From positions 12,890,387 through 12,954,386 of the forward strand of contig CAJINV010000002.1 of NCBI GenBank assembly GCA_905178155.1: a DNA stretch of 64,000 nt. The letters run 5' to 3'. Within the stretch, counting starts at the first letter, position 1. Each line of letters starts with the position of its first letter. The notes under the pieces were generated by a model, which made no database searches, had not been told where the DNA came from, and saw only the letters and a list, made by a program, of their open reading frames with translations. Positions 22,401 to 37,400 of this stretch are shown here, piece by piece. A program made the translations under genes and the position numbers. The DNA is from Amoebophrya sp. A120. Lineage: Eukaryota; Protista; Dinoflagellata.

Positions 22401-25400
22401 TGAGCGTTTACGGTCTGGGAAGGTTCGGCAGTTCTATGTCGGTCCTCGACTACGTCTGCCTTTCCTCCAGCTTGTCGCTCCGAACGATTGCGCGACTCGG
22501 CAGCTCGCAGTCCGTGTACGGTCTGGTGCGGATCGGAAGCAGCATTTCGCTGCTGGATTTTTGCCACATCGGCTCCAGCCTATCGGCCCGGATGTTCGCG
22601 CGACTTGGATCTAGCCTGTCGATTTACGGCTGCGCCCGCCTGGGGTCACGGATTTCAATCCTCGACTTCATCACCTTCGGCAGCTCCGTCTCAGTGCGCA
22701 GCTTCGCCAGGATGGGTTCCAGCTTAAGTTGTTACGGGATCGCGCACCTGGGCAGCAACCTGTCTGTCCTTGACAGCAGCTTCCTCGGGAGTTCGTTTTC
22801 CGTCCGCAATTTCGCGCGGTTCGGCTCTGCGTTGTCCGTTTACGGGTGCAGTAGGCTAAGCAGCTACATGAGCGTGCTGGACATTTTGCACATCGGCAGC
22901 AATCTTTCCGCTCGGGGCTACGCGCGGTTTGGTTCCTGCATGAGCGTGTACGGCATGGCAAGATTCGCGAGTACCATCTCGTGCCTGGACATGTTGCACA
23001 TCGGCTCGGGCTTCAGCCTGCGATCCTTCGTGAGGCTGGGTTCTGCGCTGTCTGTGTACGGAACCAGTAGGCTGGGAAGCAACCTGTCCGTGCTCGACTT
23101 CGTGTCCCTCGGCTCCGGCATTTCGCTTCGCAACTTCGGCCGGTTAGGCAGCAGTCTTTCCGTGTTCGGGATTGTGAAGATGGGCAGCGCTTGCAGTTTG
23201 CTTGACGCGATCCAACTGGGCTCCTGCGTCTCCATGCGTTCCTTTGCCAGACTGGGATCCAGCATGTCGATTTTTGGGCTCGGCCGGTTCGCGAGCAACT
23301 GCAGCATCCTCGACTGCCTGCACGTGGGATCCACAACCTCGATCCGCTCATTCGTCCGGCTCGGCAGCACTCTGTCCGTCTTTGCCATGGCACGATTGGG
23401 AACCTCGATGAGCATCTTGGACTTTGTACACTTGGGCTCCTGCTTGAGTGTGCGGAGCTTCAGCCGCTTCGGGTCCGCGCTGTCCGTCTACGGGATCACG
23501 AAAATTGGGAGTTCGTTTTCCGCACTCGACTTCGTGAACATCGGTAGCAGCATGTCGGTCCGCTGCCTGGCGCGGTTAGGGAGCACGCTCTCTGTCTTCG
23601 GTGTCTCCATGATCGGCAGTTCGCTCTCCGTCTTGGACACCATGCTGCTGGGCTCCTCCCTCTCCTTCCGGTCCTACGTGCGTCTGTCTAGCACTTGCAG
23701 CGTGTACGGTTTCGCGAAGATCGGCTCCGCCTTCTCGGTGCTCGATTTCATCACGTTCGGGTCGGCGCTGTCCCTTCGCTCCGTCGTGCGCCTCGGTAGC
23801 TCGGCCTCTGTCTACGGCATAAGTCGACTGGGATCGGCCATGTCGGTGCTCGACATTTTGCACCTCGGCAGTTCCCTGAGTTGCCGTTCCTTCGTGCGCT
23901 TCGGAAGTTCCGTCAGCTGCTTCGGGCTCGCCCGGTTCGGCTCGCAGATGTCCGTTCTCGACTGGCTGCAGCTGGGAAGCTCTTTGTCCGTGCGGAAGTA
24001 CGCGCGACTGGGATCGACTGTCAGCGTCTACGGCATGACCCGGTTCGGGTCCGGGGTCTCTGTCCTCGACATGTTGCAGCTTTCCTCATCGTTCTCTCTG
24101 CGCGCGTTCTCCCGGATGGGAAGCTCGATGTCCGTGTTCGGGATGAGCAGATTAGGCTCCAGTCTATCCGTGCTTGACTTCATGCACGTGTCGTCCAGCT
24201 TGAGTCTCCGCAGCTACTCGCGACTGGGCTCCAGCTTGTCCGTGTACGGGTGCTCGAGCTTCGGGTCCAGCCTCTCCCTCCTGGATTTTAGCCAGTGCGG
24301 ATCCGCGGTGAGCCTGCGCACGATCGGCAGACTCGGCAGTGCGCTCTCGGTCTACGGGATGGCGAGATTTGGCAGCGCTTTGTCGATGCTGGACAACATC
24401 ATGATTGGCAGCAACATCAGCGTCCGACACATGGGCCGGCTTGGCAGCTCGCTCAGTATTTTCGGCATCGTCCGCATGGCCTCGTGCTGCTCGATGTTCG
24501 ATTTCGCGTGCGTCGGGTCCGCGTTCAGTGTCAGGCAGCTCGCGCGATTGGGATCTTCCCTGTCGGTCTACGGTGTATCGAGGCTTGGCTCCTCGTTATC
24601 CGTGCTGGATTTTGTGTCCGTCACGTCCTCGATCTCCGTCCGCAGCATGTCCCGACTCGGATCCTCCGTGTCCATCTACGGGCTGCTCCGGTGCATGAGC
24701 AGCATGTCGCTCTTGGACGCGGCGAACATCGGCTCCGCCGTGTCTATTCGCACGTGCGCCCGGCTGGGTTCCGCTCTCAGCGTGTACGGCATGTTGCGGC
24801 TGAGCAGTGCCATGTCGGTCCTCGACGTGACACACATCGGAAGCTCCATCTCCGTTCGCACCTACGCCAGGTTAGGGTCAGCGCTATCTCTCTACGGGAT
24901 GTCGCGGTTCGGCTCCAGCTTTTCCATCTTGGACGCCGTCACGCTCAGCTCCACCCTATCCGTGAGAAATTTTGCGCGCTTCGGATCTAGTTTGTCCGTC
25001 TACGGCATGTGTTTGTGCTCGAGCTACCTCTCGGCGCTCGACTTCTTCCATATCGGCAGCTCGCTCTCGGTCCGGAACTTCTGCCGACTCGGATCGTCGC
25101 TTTCCGTTTTTGGACTTGCAAGACTCGGGAGTAACTTGTCGATGCTGGACAGCTGCCAGGTCGGGTCGGGAATTTCCGTGCGGTATTTCACCCGCTTCGG
25201 GTCCGCCTGCTCGATTTACGGCATGGTCCGCATGGGGAGTCAAATGTCGGTGTTGGACTTCACGACGTTCGGTAGCAGCGTCAGTGTGCGCTGTCTGGGG
25301 CGACTCGGGAGCGCGCTCTCGCTGTACGGTGTGAGCAAGTGCGGCAGCATGCTGTCGTTGCTGGATGCGGTCAGCCTCGGGTCGAGTCTGTCCGTTCGGG

Positions 25401-28400
25401 GCTTCGCGCGCTGCGGATCGAGCATGTCCGTGTTCGGTTTAGTTCGGCTGTCCTCCAACCTCAGCATCCTCGACGCAAGCATGATTGGCTCGGCGGTATC
25501 GTTGCGTTCCGTGGCCCGATTCGGTTCCAGTGCCTCGGTCTTCGGCCTAGCGCGACTGGGTTCCGCGATGTCCGCACTCGACTACATCTGCTTGGCCTCC
25601 GCCCTTTCGATCAGGTCCTACGCGCGCATCAGCAGCTCCTGCTCGGTGTTTGGGATAGCCAGACTCGGGTCGTCACTGAGTTTGCTGGAGAGCTGCATCA
25701 TGTGCAGTTCTTTGTCCTTGCGGTCATTCGCGCGAATGGGCCGCTACCAGGACGGCCGTGTGGGCACCAGCATCTACGGACTGACCCAGTTCGGTTCTAG
25801 CATGAGCATCCTGGGCCTGCTGCACCTCGGCTCTAGCCTGAGCATCCGATCGCTGTGCCGTCTGGGATCCGCACTCTCGCTGTACGGATTTTCGCAACTA
25901 GGCAGCAGTGTTTCTGTCCTTGATGTGACGCACTTGGGCAGCTCCCTGAGCTTGCGCCACTGCGCCCGCCTCGGATCCGGAATGTCGGTTTACGCCACGA
26001 TCCAGCTCGGCAGCAGTCTGTCGGTGCTCGACTACCTGCAACTCGGAAGCTCCATGTCGACCAGAAATCTCTGCCGACTCGGATCAAGTCTTTCCCTTTT
26101 CGGTATGGCCAGACTGAGTTCCGCAATGTCCATCCTGGATATCTGCCACCTGGGTAGCAGCATGTCGATCCGAAACTACGGCAGGCTTGGCAGCACACTT
26201 TCCGTGTTCGGAATCGCGCAGTTTGCCTCGGCGATGTCGATACTTGACATTTTCGAGCTCGGATCCTCGCTCTCCCTGCGCGGATTGGTTCGCATGGGCA
26301 GCTCCAGCAGCGTATTCGGGCTGACCAGGCTCGGCAGCAGTTTCAGCTGCTTGGACTTCTGCAGCTTGGGGTCGACGCTCAGCTGCCGGTCGTTCTTGCG
26401 GTTGGGCTCCAGCTTGAGCGTGTTCGGCTTGGCGAAACTGGGCAGCAATCTTTCGGCCCTCGACACGGTCTCACTCGCGAGTGCCCTCAGCCTGCGGTAC
26501 TACACGCGGTTCGGGTCCAGTGTCTCCGTGTACGGGGTCATGAAGATGGGATCCGCCTTGTCGATCCTCGACGCCGTCCACCTCGGCAGTGCGATCAGCA
26601 TCCGGTCCTTCAGCCGGTTAGGATCCAGTTTGTCCGCCTTCGGCGTCGCCAGGCTGGGGTCCAACCTGTCCGTTCTCGACTTCGTGTCGGCCGCGAGCGC
26701 GTTCTCGTGCAGGACCTACAGCAGATTGGGGAGCACGCTCTCCGTGTACGGGATGGGCAGAATGGGAAGCTCCTTGAGTTTGCTCGACTATATGACGCTG
26801 GGCAGTTCCGTTTCCATTCGCAACATGGCGCGGGTTGGATCTTCCCTTTCCGTGTACGGACTGGTTTCCTTCGGCAGCAACATTTCGGTCCTCGATTTCA
26901 TGTTGCTGGGCAGCACGATTTCCGCGAGGAGCTTTGCCCGCCTCGGATCTGCAGTTTCAGTGTACGGCATGAGTCAGTGCGGCTCCAGCATGTCGCTACT
27001 CGACTTCTCGGCCTTCGGCAGTGCAATGTCCCTGCGCGGATTCGCACGGTTTGGAAGCTCTTTATCAGTCTACGGAATGTGCCGCGCGGGGAGCAGTTTA
27101 TCGGTGCTGGACTTTCTGTGCATCGGTAGTCAACTCTCGTTGCGGAGCTACAGCCGGTGCGGAAGTTCCTTCAGCATCTATGGCTTCAGCAACTTCGGGT
27201 CGAGCCTCTCAGTCCTCGATTTCTTCACTATCGGCAGCAGCACCTCGATCCGGTCCTTCATCCGGCTCGGCAGCTCATTGAGCGTGTTTGGCGTGATGCA
27301 ACTGGGCTCTTCCGTTTCCGTCCTCGACGTTCTGCACCTGGGCTCGAACCTGAGTCTCCGGACTCTGAGCCGACTCGGAAGCTCCTTGTCCGTTTTCGGG
27401 ATCGGGAAGCTCGGCAGTGCGATGAGCATTTTGGACTTCACGGTCTTGGGCTCCGGTCTCTCGATGCGCACGTTCACCCGGCTGGGTTCCTCCGCGTCAA
27501 TGTTCGGTATTGCGCGCTTGAGCAGCGGCTTGTCGATCTTGGATGCGGTGTCCCTCGGGTCCAGCTTCTCGGTGCGAGCGGTCGCACGCCTGGGATCCAG
27601 CCTGAGTGTCTTTGGGATGGCGCGGCTCGGCTCCATGTTGTCGATTCTCGACGAGGTGCAGCTGGCGTCGTCCTGCAGTCTCCGTCATTGCGTGCGGTTC
27701 GGATCCAGTTTGTCCGTCTTCGGAATGACGAAACTCGGGAGCTCGTTGTCGATTCTGGATTTCGTGACGATTGGAAGTTGCATGTCCGTACGCGGGTTCA
27801 ACCGCTTCGGATCCAGTCTTTCCGTTTTCGGCATCACCCGACTCTCCAGCCAGATGAGCGTACTGGACTGCATGCAACTCGGATCCAGTCTTTCGATTCG
27901 CAGCTGCGTGCGGCTAGGAAGCAGCGTGTCTGTCTTCGGGACGCTGTACATGGCGAGCAGTTTGTCGTTATGAAATGCAAAATTGTCTGGGTCTGAATGA
28001 GCGGCACACAACTGCGTTTTTGCAAAATGTTTTGAAAGTATTTTGAAGATATTTTGAAAATATTTGAAGCATATTTGGAAAAATATTTTGGCACAAAGTT
28101 TTGAAAATATTTTGCAGGTATTTTGAAAATACCTTCGAAAATATTTGGGCGATACTAAGGCAATAGTTTCCTATGTAGATGTTCGAAAGTAAAGTAATTT
28201 CCTTGCGCCGCTCATCCAGACCCAGACATTTTTGCATTGGATAGTCGTTGCTGGATTTTGTGCAGCTGGGATCCACTTTGAGCGCGCGGTCCTTCGCCCG
28301 GATTGGTAGCCGATTGTCGGTGTACGGCTTGTCTCGCATCGGCGGCGGCGTTTCCATTTTGGATGCCATGTGGTTCGGATCAACTTGCTCGATCCGCAGC

Positions 28401-31400
28401 ATGGGCCGCCTCGGCTCTGCCATGTCCCTGTACGGGATTGCGAAGATGGGAAGCAGTTTGTCCATCCTGGCTGGCGTGGAGATCGGGTCGGCGATGTCAT
28501 TGCGAAGTTTTGCGAGGTTCGGGTCCGCCCTCTCGCTCTACGGGTTTTCGCGCTTGGCGTCTGGCTGCTCCGTGTTGGATCACTTCCACCTGGGGTCGGC
28601 CCTGTCGGTCCGGACTTTCGCGCGGCTCGGATCCAGCTTGAGTCTCTTCGGCATCGCGCGGGTAGGAAGTTGCGTTTCCATCCTGGACTTCGCCAACTTG
28701 GCCAGTGCGCAGAGTGTGCGAAACTTCGCGCGACTCGGCAGCAGTCTTTCGATGTTCGGGATTTTCCGCCTTGGGACGCAACTTTCCGTTCTGGACTTCA
28801 TCACGTTCGGGTCCTCGTTATCGTTGCGGTACACGACGAGACTCGGCAGCACGACCAGCATCTACGGGCTGGCAAGGCTTGGAAGTTTGGTTTCTGTCCT
28901 CGACACCGCCCATGTTGGGAGCAGTCTCTCGATGCGGTACTACGCCCGCATGGGAAGCACCTGCTCCGCGTACGGACTGATGCGCTTCGGATCCTCTTGC
29001 TCAATCGTGGACATGCTGACCCTGGGGTCCAGTTTCTCCACGCGCGCGCTCTGCCGCCTGTCGAGCACGATGTCAGTCTACGGAATGACCAAAATTGGCT
29101 CCAGTCTGTCCATCTTGGACACGCTGTCTCTCGGCTCGGCGTTGTCCCTGCGGTCCTTCGCCCGCTTTGGGTCAAACGTCAGTTTGTACGGGGCTGCCAG
29201 ACTGGGCTCGTCCCTCAGCGTCTGCGACTTGTCCACGCTGGGGTCGACTCTTAGTTTCCGCAGTATCTGCCGCTTGGGATCGGTGATTTCCGTGTTCGGA
29301 TTTTCCAACTTCGGTTCCAGCTTTTCCGTGCTCGACATGCTAACCCTCGGTTCAGCAATGTCGCTAAGGTCGATCGCCCGGCTCGGAAGTTCCTGCTCAG
29401 TGTTCGGATTTTCGCACCTGGGCAGTTCCATGTCAATGCTGGACACGGTGCAACTCGGGTCTGCGTTGAGTGTCCGCTCGTTCGCACGATTCGGCTCCAG
29501 CATGTCAATCTTCAACACGATGCGACTGGGCAGTTGCTTTTCCGTGACGGATTTCCTCACGCTGGGATCCGCGATGAGCATCCGGTCGTGCGGCCGGTTC
29601 GGAAGTTCGTTGTCCTTGTTCGGCTGCGCCACGATGGGATCCGCTATGAGTGTTCTGGATTGCTGCATGCTGGGCTCCACGTTCAGCGTACGCTCGTTCG
29701 CCCGGTTTGGCAGCGCAGTGTCCGTTTTCGGCCTCGCAACACTTGGAAGCAGCTTTTCCGTGCTGGATTTCGCCAACATGGGATCCACCCTTTCCCTCCG
29801 AAGTTACAGCCGCATGGGAAGCGCCATTTCCGTCTACGGTTTCGCAAAACTCGGCTCCACCGTCTCGGTTCTCGATGCCGTCAGCCTCGGCAGCGTTCTG
29901 TCCGTCCGCTCGTTTGCGCGACTCGGAAGCACGTTGTCCTTGTTCGGGTTCGGCACCCTGGGCTCGGCTCTGTCCGTTCTCGACACGCTTTCGCTCGGTA
30001 GCTCGATGAGCATCCGGTCGATGGCTCGGTTCGGCAGCTCCATTTCCGTGTTCGGGTTGAACCGACTGGGATCCTCGATGTCTCTGCTGGACGTGGTGCA
30101 ACTCGGCTCCAGTTTGTCGGTACGCAGCTTTTCGCGGATGGGATCCTCCCTCAGCGTCTTCGGCGTAGCGCACCTGCACAGCGGAACCTCACTTTTGGAC
30201 TTCATGGTGCTCGGAAGCGCAATGAGCCTGCGGACCGCGACGAGGCTGGGAAGCTCGCTTTCCATGTTCGGGGTAACCAGGCTGGGCAGCAGCGTCTCTG
30301 TCCTGGACTTCCTGGTGTTGGGCAGTGTCCTCTCCACCCGATCCCTCGCGAGACTCGGCAGTGCCTTATCCGTTTTCGGAATCGTGAAGCTTGGGAGCAG
30401 AATGTCTATTCTCGACACGTTGCACATGGGATCCACGTTGTCGCTCCGGTGCCTCGGGCGCATTGGTAGTAGCTGCTCGCTGTTTGGAATGTCAAGGATG
30501 GGCTCGTCTTTGTCCATGCTCGATTTCACGAACCTCGGCAGCGCCATTAGCCTGCGGTCCATGAGCCGCTTTGGGTCGACGCTCAGCTTGTACGGTGCTG
30601 CGAGGATTGGGACGAGGCTTTCCATTCTGGATTGCTTCAATCTTGCAAGCAGCATGTCACTGCGATCCTTCATGCGTTTCGGCAGTACCTCGTCCATCTA
30701 CGGCATGAGCAGGTGCGGTTCGCAGATCAGTTTCCTGGACTTCATCACGTGCGGCTCCACGATCAGTCTGCGGTACCTGCTCCGGTTTGGCAGTTCGCTC
30801 TCCGTTTTTGGTGTTGGTCGACTGGGAAGTCAACTGTCCATCCTCGACTACACCATTCTCGGGTCCAACGTCAGTCTGCGCAGCTTCTGCCGCCTGGGTT
30901 CCACGCTCAGCGTGTTCGGCGTGGTGAACCTGGGCAGCGCAATGTCTCTACTCGACTTCGCTAGCTGCGGGAGCTCCATGTCGCTCCGATCGTACGCCCG
31001 GCTTGGATCGGTGATCTCACTGTACGGTTTCAGCAGGCTGGGTGGCGCGGTCTCTGTTCTGGATTCCATCACGATGTGCAGCGGTTTGAGCATCCGGAGT
31101 TACAACCGCATTGGGTCAACTCTGAGTATGTTCGGCCTCTGCCGGCTCGGGTCGGAACTCTCAGTGTTGGATCAGTGCCTGATTTCCAGCTCGCTCTCCA
31201 TCCGCACCTACGCGCGATTGGGATCCAGCTTGTCGATCTTCGGCGTTTCGAGACTGGGCAGCTCCCTATCCGTTCTAGACTTCGTGCAGTTTGGCTCGAA
31301 CGTGAGTCTGCGGAGCTTCAGCCGGCTGGGCAGCTGCGTCTCCGTCTTCGGGCTGGCCCGACTGGGCAGCTCGGTTTCGGTTCTCGATACCATGATGCTC

Positions 31401-34400
31401 GGCTCCACCCTGTCGACGCGCATGTTTTCCCGCGTGGGCAGCAACTTGTCGTTGTACGGCGCGCTGAGACTGGGATCCTCGCTGTCGATCCTGGACATGA
31501 TGTCGCTCGGGTCCTGCTGCAGTGCCCGGGCTTTTGCACGCATCGGAAGCGGCATCAGCGCCTTCGGAATGAGTCGGCTCGGCTCCCGCGTGTCGATTCT
31601 GGACGCGTCGTGCTTGGGCAGCAGCTTGTCGATCCGCAGCTTCTTGCGCATGGGCAGCGGCGCCAGCATCTACGGCATAACGCAGATGGGAAGCGCCATG
31701 TCGGTTTTGGACATGCTATCCATCGGAAGCTCGCTTTCCCTCCGCTCAGCCACGCGACTGGGATCGAGTTCGAGCGTCTACGGTCTGGCACGATTCGCAT
31801 CGAGCTTATCCGTGCTTGACGCAGTGATGCTCGGTTCGTCATTCTCGTTGCGGAAATTCATGCGCCTGGGCTCCAGTCTATCTGTCTACGGGATGGCGCA
31901 GTTTGGATCGCGCTTGTCAGTGCTTGATTTCTTCACGCTCGGCAGCACGGTGAGCTTGCGAAACGCGGCCCGGTTTGGAAGCACTTGCTCTGTTTACGGC
32001 ATCATGCAATTGTCGTCCTCCGTCAGCCTCATCGACTGCCTGCAACTGGGCTCGTCGATGTCTGTTCGGTCGTACACCCGCATCGGCAGCACCTGCTCCA
32101 TCTACTGCACGTTGAAACTGGGCTCCAGCTTCAGCGTCTTGGACCGGTTGCACCTCGGCAGTACCATGTCAATGCGGAGCTGCGCGCGACTGGGGAGCTC
32201 ATTGTCGCTGTTCGGCGTTGCGCGATTAGGCAGTTCGCTCTCCGTGCTGGACGCATGCTTGATCTCGTCCAGCCTGTCGGTGCGCACCTACAGCCGGCTG
32301 GGGAGCAGCTTGTCTGTGTTCGGCCTGGCAAGATTCGGCAGCGCTCTCTCCATCCTCGACAGCGTTCAACTGGGAAGCAATTTGAGTCTGCGGTCCTTCA
32401 GTCGACTCGGTTCCAACGCCAGCTTGTATGGCGTGTGCCGATTGGGCTCCAGTCTGAGTGTGCTCGATAGCATTCTGCTGGGCTCCAGCATGTCGACCCG
32501 GTCCTTCGGCCGCTTCGGAAGTTCTTTATCCGTTTTTGGAATGACCAAACTCGGAAGCCGGATGAGTTGCCTCGACTTCTTCAATATGGGGTCTTCCTTT
32601 TCGCTGCGCAACTTCTGCCGCCTGGGATCGTCTTTGTCCGTGTTCGGGCTGACGAGATGTGGAAGTCGGTTCTCAATGCTCGACATGGTGGCCTTGTCCT
32701 CCTCTCTCTCGCTCCGTGGCTTCATCCGCTTCGGCTCGAGCGTCTCCGTGTACGGATTAACTACGGTCGGCACGTCGTTCAGTCTGCTGGACTACTTCAA
32801 CCTCGGGAGCAGTTTGTCTGTCCGGAACTTCGCGCGTCTGGCCTCGACCTGCAGTGTGTACGGCATGGTCGCGATTGGCAGCACACTGTCGCTGATCGAT
32901 TGCCTGCACCTCGGATCCTCAATGTCGCTTCGCGGCTTCGCGCGGTTGATGAGTTCCTGCTCGGTGTACGGGGTGAGCCAACTCGGCTCCTCGCTTTCCG
33001 TTTTGGACAGCATCGGGCTTGGCTCGATGATGAGCGTCAGGTCGTTCGCGAGACTGTCCAGTGCGGCGTCCGTTTACGGACTAGCCCGGTGCGGCAGCTC
33101 GGTTTCGCTGCTGGACAAAATCAGCGTCGGAAGCAACATCTCCGTGCGGTCTTTCGCCCGCATGTCCAGCACCTGCTCCGTGTACGGAATTAGCAGAATC
33201 GGGTCCGCAATCTCCGTCCTCGACATCATCCACATTGGAAGCTCCCTGAGTGTACGAAGTTACGCTCGGTTAGGCAGCAGTCTGAGTTTGTTCGGCATCG
33301 CGAGGATCGGCTCCGCGCTCTCTGCGCTCGACTTCTGCCACATGGCGTCGTCGATTAGTCTGCGCAGCTACGCGAGATTGGGCAGTTCGCTGTCCGTCTA
33401 CGGAGTTATGCGGTTGGGGAGTCGTTTTTCGATTCTCGATGTGCTCGAGCTCGGGAGCAGCATGTCACTGCGCCACTACTTCCGATGCGCATCCGCCATG
33501 AGTGTCTTCACGCGAATGCAAACCGGGTCCGTGCTCTCAGTGCTGGACTTCGCGCACCTCGGTAGCACGGCCAGCATCCGCAGCTTCTGCCGCTTGGGAT
33601 CCACAGCATCGGTGTACGGTACGTTCCGGTTCGGGCAGAGCATCTCGATTCTCGACAGTGTCACTCTTGGTAGCAGCCTGAGTCTGCGGAGTTACGTCCG
33701 CTTGGGTTCCACCTGCAGTGTGATGAGCAAGTACATCGGCGACCAGTACTCGCTGCTGGGGTGGATGCATGTGGGCAGCTGCTTGTCCATGCGCAACATG
33801 CAACGGTTTGGCACCAACCTGAGCAGTTACGGAATGTGCCGCGTCGGCAGCAGTATGAGCATCTTGGACTTCTTCACGGTGGGATCCAGCATGAGTGTGC
33901 GGAGTTTGGCTCGGTTTGGTTCCGCGATGTCTTTGTACGGTATGGTTCGCTTCGGCTCCGCCGTCTCCGTGCTGGATATGTTGAACCTCGCGAGCTCCTT
34001 CAGTGTGCGCATGACGCAGCGCATGGGCAGTTCCATGTCCGTGTTTGGCATTATGCGGCTGGGAAGTTCGTTGAGCATTCTGGACCAGACCTTCCTCGGC
34101 TCGAGTTTGTCGCTCCGCTCCGCCGCCTATGAAAGCCTCAGAATGGAAATGCTCAAATTTGTGATGCATGAAATGCAAGGCCAAAAAGACGTTGGACTTC
34201 CAAAATCCTAAAACCCAATTTCAGGCGAGCTTTCCAAAATTCGACAGGGGTCTGGACTTCCAAAATCCTGAAACCCAACTTCAGACGAGCCTTCCAAAAT
34301 TCGACAGGGGTCTGGATTTCCAAAATCCTAAAACCCAATTTCAGACGAGTCTTCTAAAATTCGAAAACCCAATTGTGGCAATGTGTAGCAGCGGCACACG

Positions 34401-37400
34401 CCGAAAACCGGGCTGCGGGTCCCGGGTTGCGGGTCCCGGGTTGCGGGTCCCGGGCTGCGGGTCCCGGGTTGCGGGTCCCGGGTTGCGGGTCCCGGGCTGC
34501 GGGTCCCGGGTTGCGGGTCCCGGGCTGCGGGTCCCGGGTTGCGGGTCCCGGGCTGCGGGTCCCGGGTTGCGGGTCCCGGGTTGCGGGTCCCGGGTTGCGG
34601 GTCCCGGGTTGCGGGTCCCGGGTTGCGGGTCCCGGTCTGCGGGCCCCGGTTTGCGTGTCCCGGAATGCGGGTCCCGGGTTGCGGGCGGGGCCGGGTTGCG
34701 GGCCGGGTGGTCCCGGGTTGCGGGCCGGGTCCCGGGTTGTGGGCCGGGTCCCGGTTTGCGGGAGGGTCCCGGGGTGCGGGCTGCGGGTTGTGGGCCCCGG
34801 GTTGCGGGTCCCGGGTTGCGGGTCCCGGTTTGCGGGTCCCGGGTTGCGTTTCCCGGGCTGCGGGCCCCGGTTTGCGGGTCCCGGGTTGTGGGTCCCGGGT
34901 TGCGGGTCCCGGCCTGCGGGTCCCGGTTTGCGGGCCCCGGGTTGCGGGTCCCGGGTTGTGGTTTGCGGGCCCCGGTTTGCGGGCCCCGGGATGCGGGTCC
35001 CGGTCTGCGGGTTCCGGGGTGCGGGTCCCGGGGTGTGGGTCCCGGGGTGCGGGTTGCGGGTCCCGGGTTGCGGGAGGGTCCCGGGTTGCGGTTCCCGGGT
35101 TGCGGTTCCCGGGTTGCGGGTCCCGGGTTGCGGGTCCCGGGGTGCGGGTCCCGGGTTGCGGGTTGCGGGTGGGTCCCGGGTTGCGGGTGGGTCCCGGGTT
35201 GCGGGTGGGTCCCGGGTTGCGGGTGGGCCCCGGGTTGCCTTTCCCGGGCTTTGGTTGGGCCCCGGGTTGCGGGAGGGTCCCGGGTTGCGGGTCCCGGGTT
35301 GCGGGTCCCGGATTGCGGGTCCCGGGTTGCGGGTCCCGGTTTGTGGGCCCCGGGTTGTGGGCCCCGGTTTGCGGGTCCCGGTTTGTGGGCCCCGGGTTGC
35401 GGGTCCCGGGTTGCGGGCCCCGGGTTGCGGGTCCCGGGCTGTGGGTCCCGGGCTGCGGGCCCCGGGTTGCGGGTCCCGGGTTGCGGGTCCCGGGTTGTGG
35501 GTTGGACCGCAAAAGCACTCATAAAATAAAAGCCGCATCATAGCGCCGCAAAAGCATTGCCGCCCGCCGAGGTTGCCCGCCGGCGGTGTTCCGTCCTGGC
35601 GTCTTCCAAAAAAAATTCGAAATGTGGCGCGTGCCGCTGCTACCGGCTCGAGCGACATGTAAAAGAAAACGAATCCGCGTGCTCGGCGTGGTAGCTACCC
35701 CCTCGCCGTTCGGGTTTTAGCAGCAAGGAGCATCGCAAATTAATTGCGGTCGATGAATCCGCGCCGATGATTTTCGCCTATGTATTCTTTTTGTGGCCGG
35801 CGCTTTCGATTCGAGCTTGATCGCAATGCTTTGTCGACCACCGATGTCGACCTTTTGCATCATGCACGCACAAGCGGGATTTTCGAAAACGGAGGGGGGG
35901 GGAAGGGAACCCCATTTGGGTGTCGCGGCGCAAAGCCGCAAGTCTCGCGCTTACGTTCACCACCAGAAGTATTCCTGCACGGGGCCGCTCCATGCATCTG
36001 AATCTGAATTCGGCAGGGGTCTGGATTTTTTAAAAAAAAAAAACCGCATTGCAGAGGAAGCAATCAATGGAGGCCGAGTATTGTCCTGCTAGGGGCGAAG
36101 AATTGGGCTACTGATTAGCACGACAGAAGGGCACCCCTTTGCCTAACTAGCATGACAGACACGCTTTGAGTGCCCGGGAAATTTGTCACGCGCCGACTAC
36201 AAATGGCGCTTCAACTGGAGTCGTTTTTTTGCATTTACAAACTATTTCCACTTTGAGGATTCCCAACCTGAGGCTTTCATACCGCCCGCTGCGGTTCCTT
36301 CATGAGCGTCTTCAGCAAGACGACCTTCGGAAGTTCGTTGTCCGTTCTGGGTCTGTCGCATTGCGGCTCCGGCTTGTCCGTCCGCACCATCGGTAGACTC
36401 GGAAGCGGGCTTTCGCTGTTCAAGAGCGTGATCTGCGGTTCCCAGCTCTCCGTTCTGGATGCTTCGGAATTGGGAAGCTGCCTTTCGCTCCGCAGCTACT
36501 TCCGCATGGGCTCGAATTTGTCCGTGTTCTCGCGACTGCGGTGCGGCTCGATCTTGTCCATCTTCGACACGTTCCAGCTGGGCAGTTGTCTCTCCATGCG
36601 GGTATTCACGATTTTGGGCAGCAGCATGAGCGTCTTCAGCCGCGTCCGCATGGGAAGCCAGTTCTCGACATTAGATTTCCTGACACTGGGCAGTCTGATG
36701 AGCGTCAGAAACACGCTCACGTTCGGCAGTGCCATGTCTGTGTTCCAGCAGAACCGGCTGGGGAGCAGCTTGTCCGTGCTCGACGCCGCGTGTCTCGGGT
36801 CAACCTTATCCGTCCGCTCCTTCAACCAGTTGGGGTCCACGTTGAGCCTCTTCGGGTACACGAAGTTCGGCAGCACAGTCTCCTCGCAAACCATCGTGAA
36901 GGGAACTTTGCTCTCCGTGCGCAGCTGGGCGAGACTCGGATCGACCTTCAGCACGTACGACACCGTTCGTCTTGGCTCCACGCTGAGTGTGCTCGACACG
37001 ATCAATCTAGGGTCGCAAATCTCGTTGCGAAACATCATCAAGCTGGGCAGCACATTGTCCTGCTTCAACAAGATCTCGCACAACATCCAGCAGAACAACG
37101 CGGATCCGAACGCCACGAGCATCTTCGACTTTATGCAGCTGGGCAGCGCTATCTCTCTGCGCCACCACTGCCGCGTTGGCAGCGCTTTGTCGACGTTCAG
37201 CACCTTCAGGCTCGGCAGCAACCTCTCCATCTACGACTACACCACGATGGGTTCCTGCTTGTCTCTGCGCAACCGGTCCCGGTTTGGTTCGGTTCTCTCC
37301 ACCTACGGACGCACCCGCATCACGGACGTTGCGTCGGTGTTGGACGCGCAGTACTTGGGCAGCAACCTGAGTATCCGCTGCTACCACCGACTAGGGTCCG

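Larger units (their letters stand above)
34128..36281. mobile_element. Element 6: TIR introner with satellite cargo, 2154 bp
   Basis: 30-bp TIR tatgaaagcctcagaatggaaatgctcaaa (4 mismatches). Direct repeat CCGCC at 34123-34127 and 36282-36286. Rejoined protein reads SLRSAARCGSFMSVF. Confidence 0.92.

Noticed and set aside
34168-35658. Long Pro/Gly/Arg-rich ORFs in all six frames (330-450 aa)
   Set aside because: They are translations of the stop-free 14-bp satellite inside element 6.
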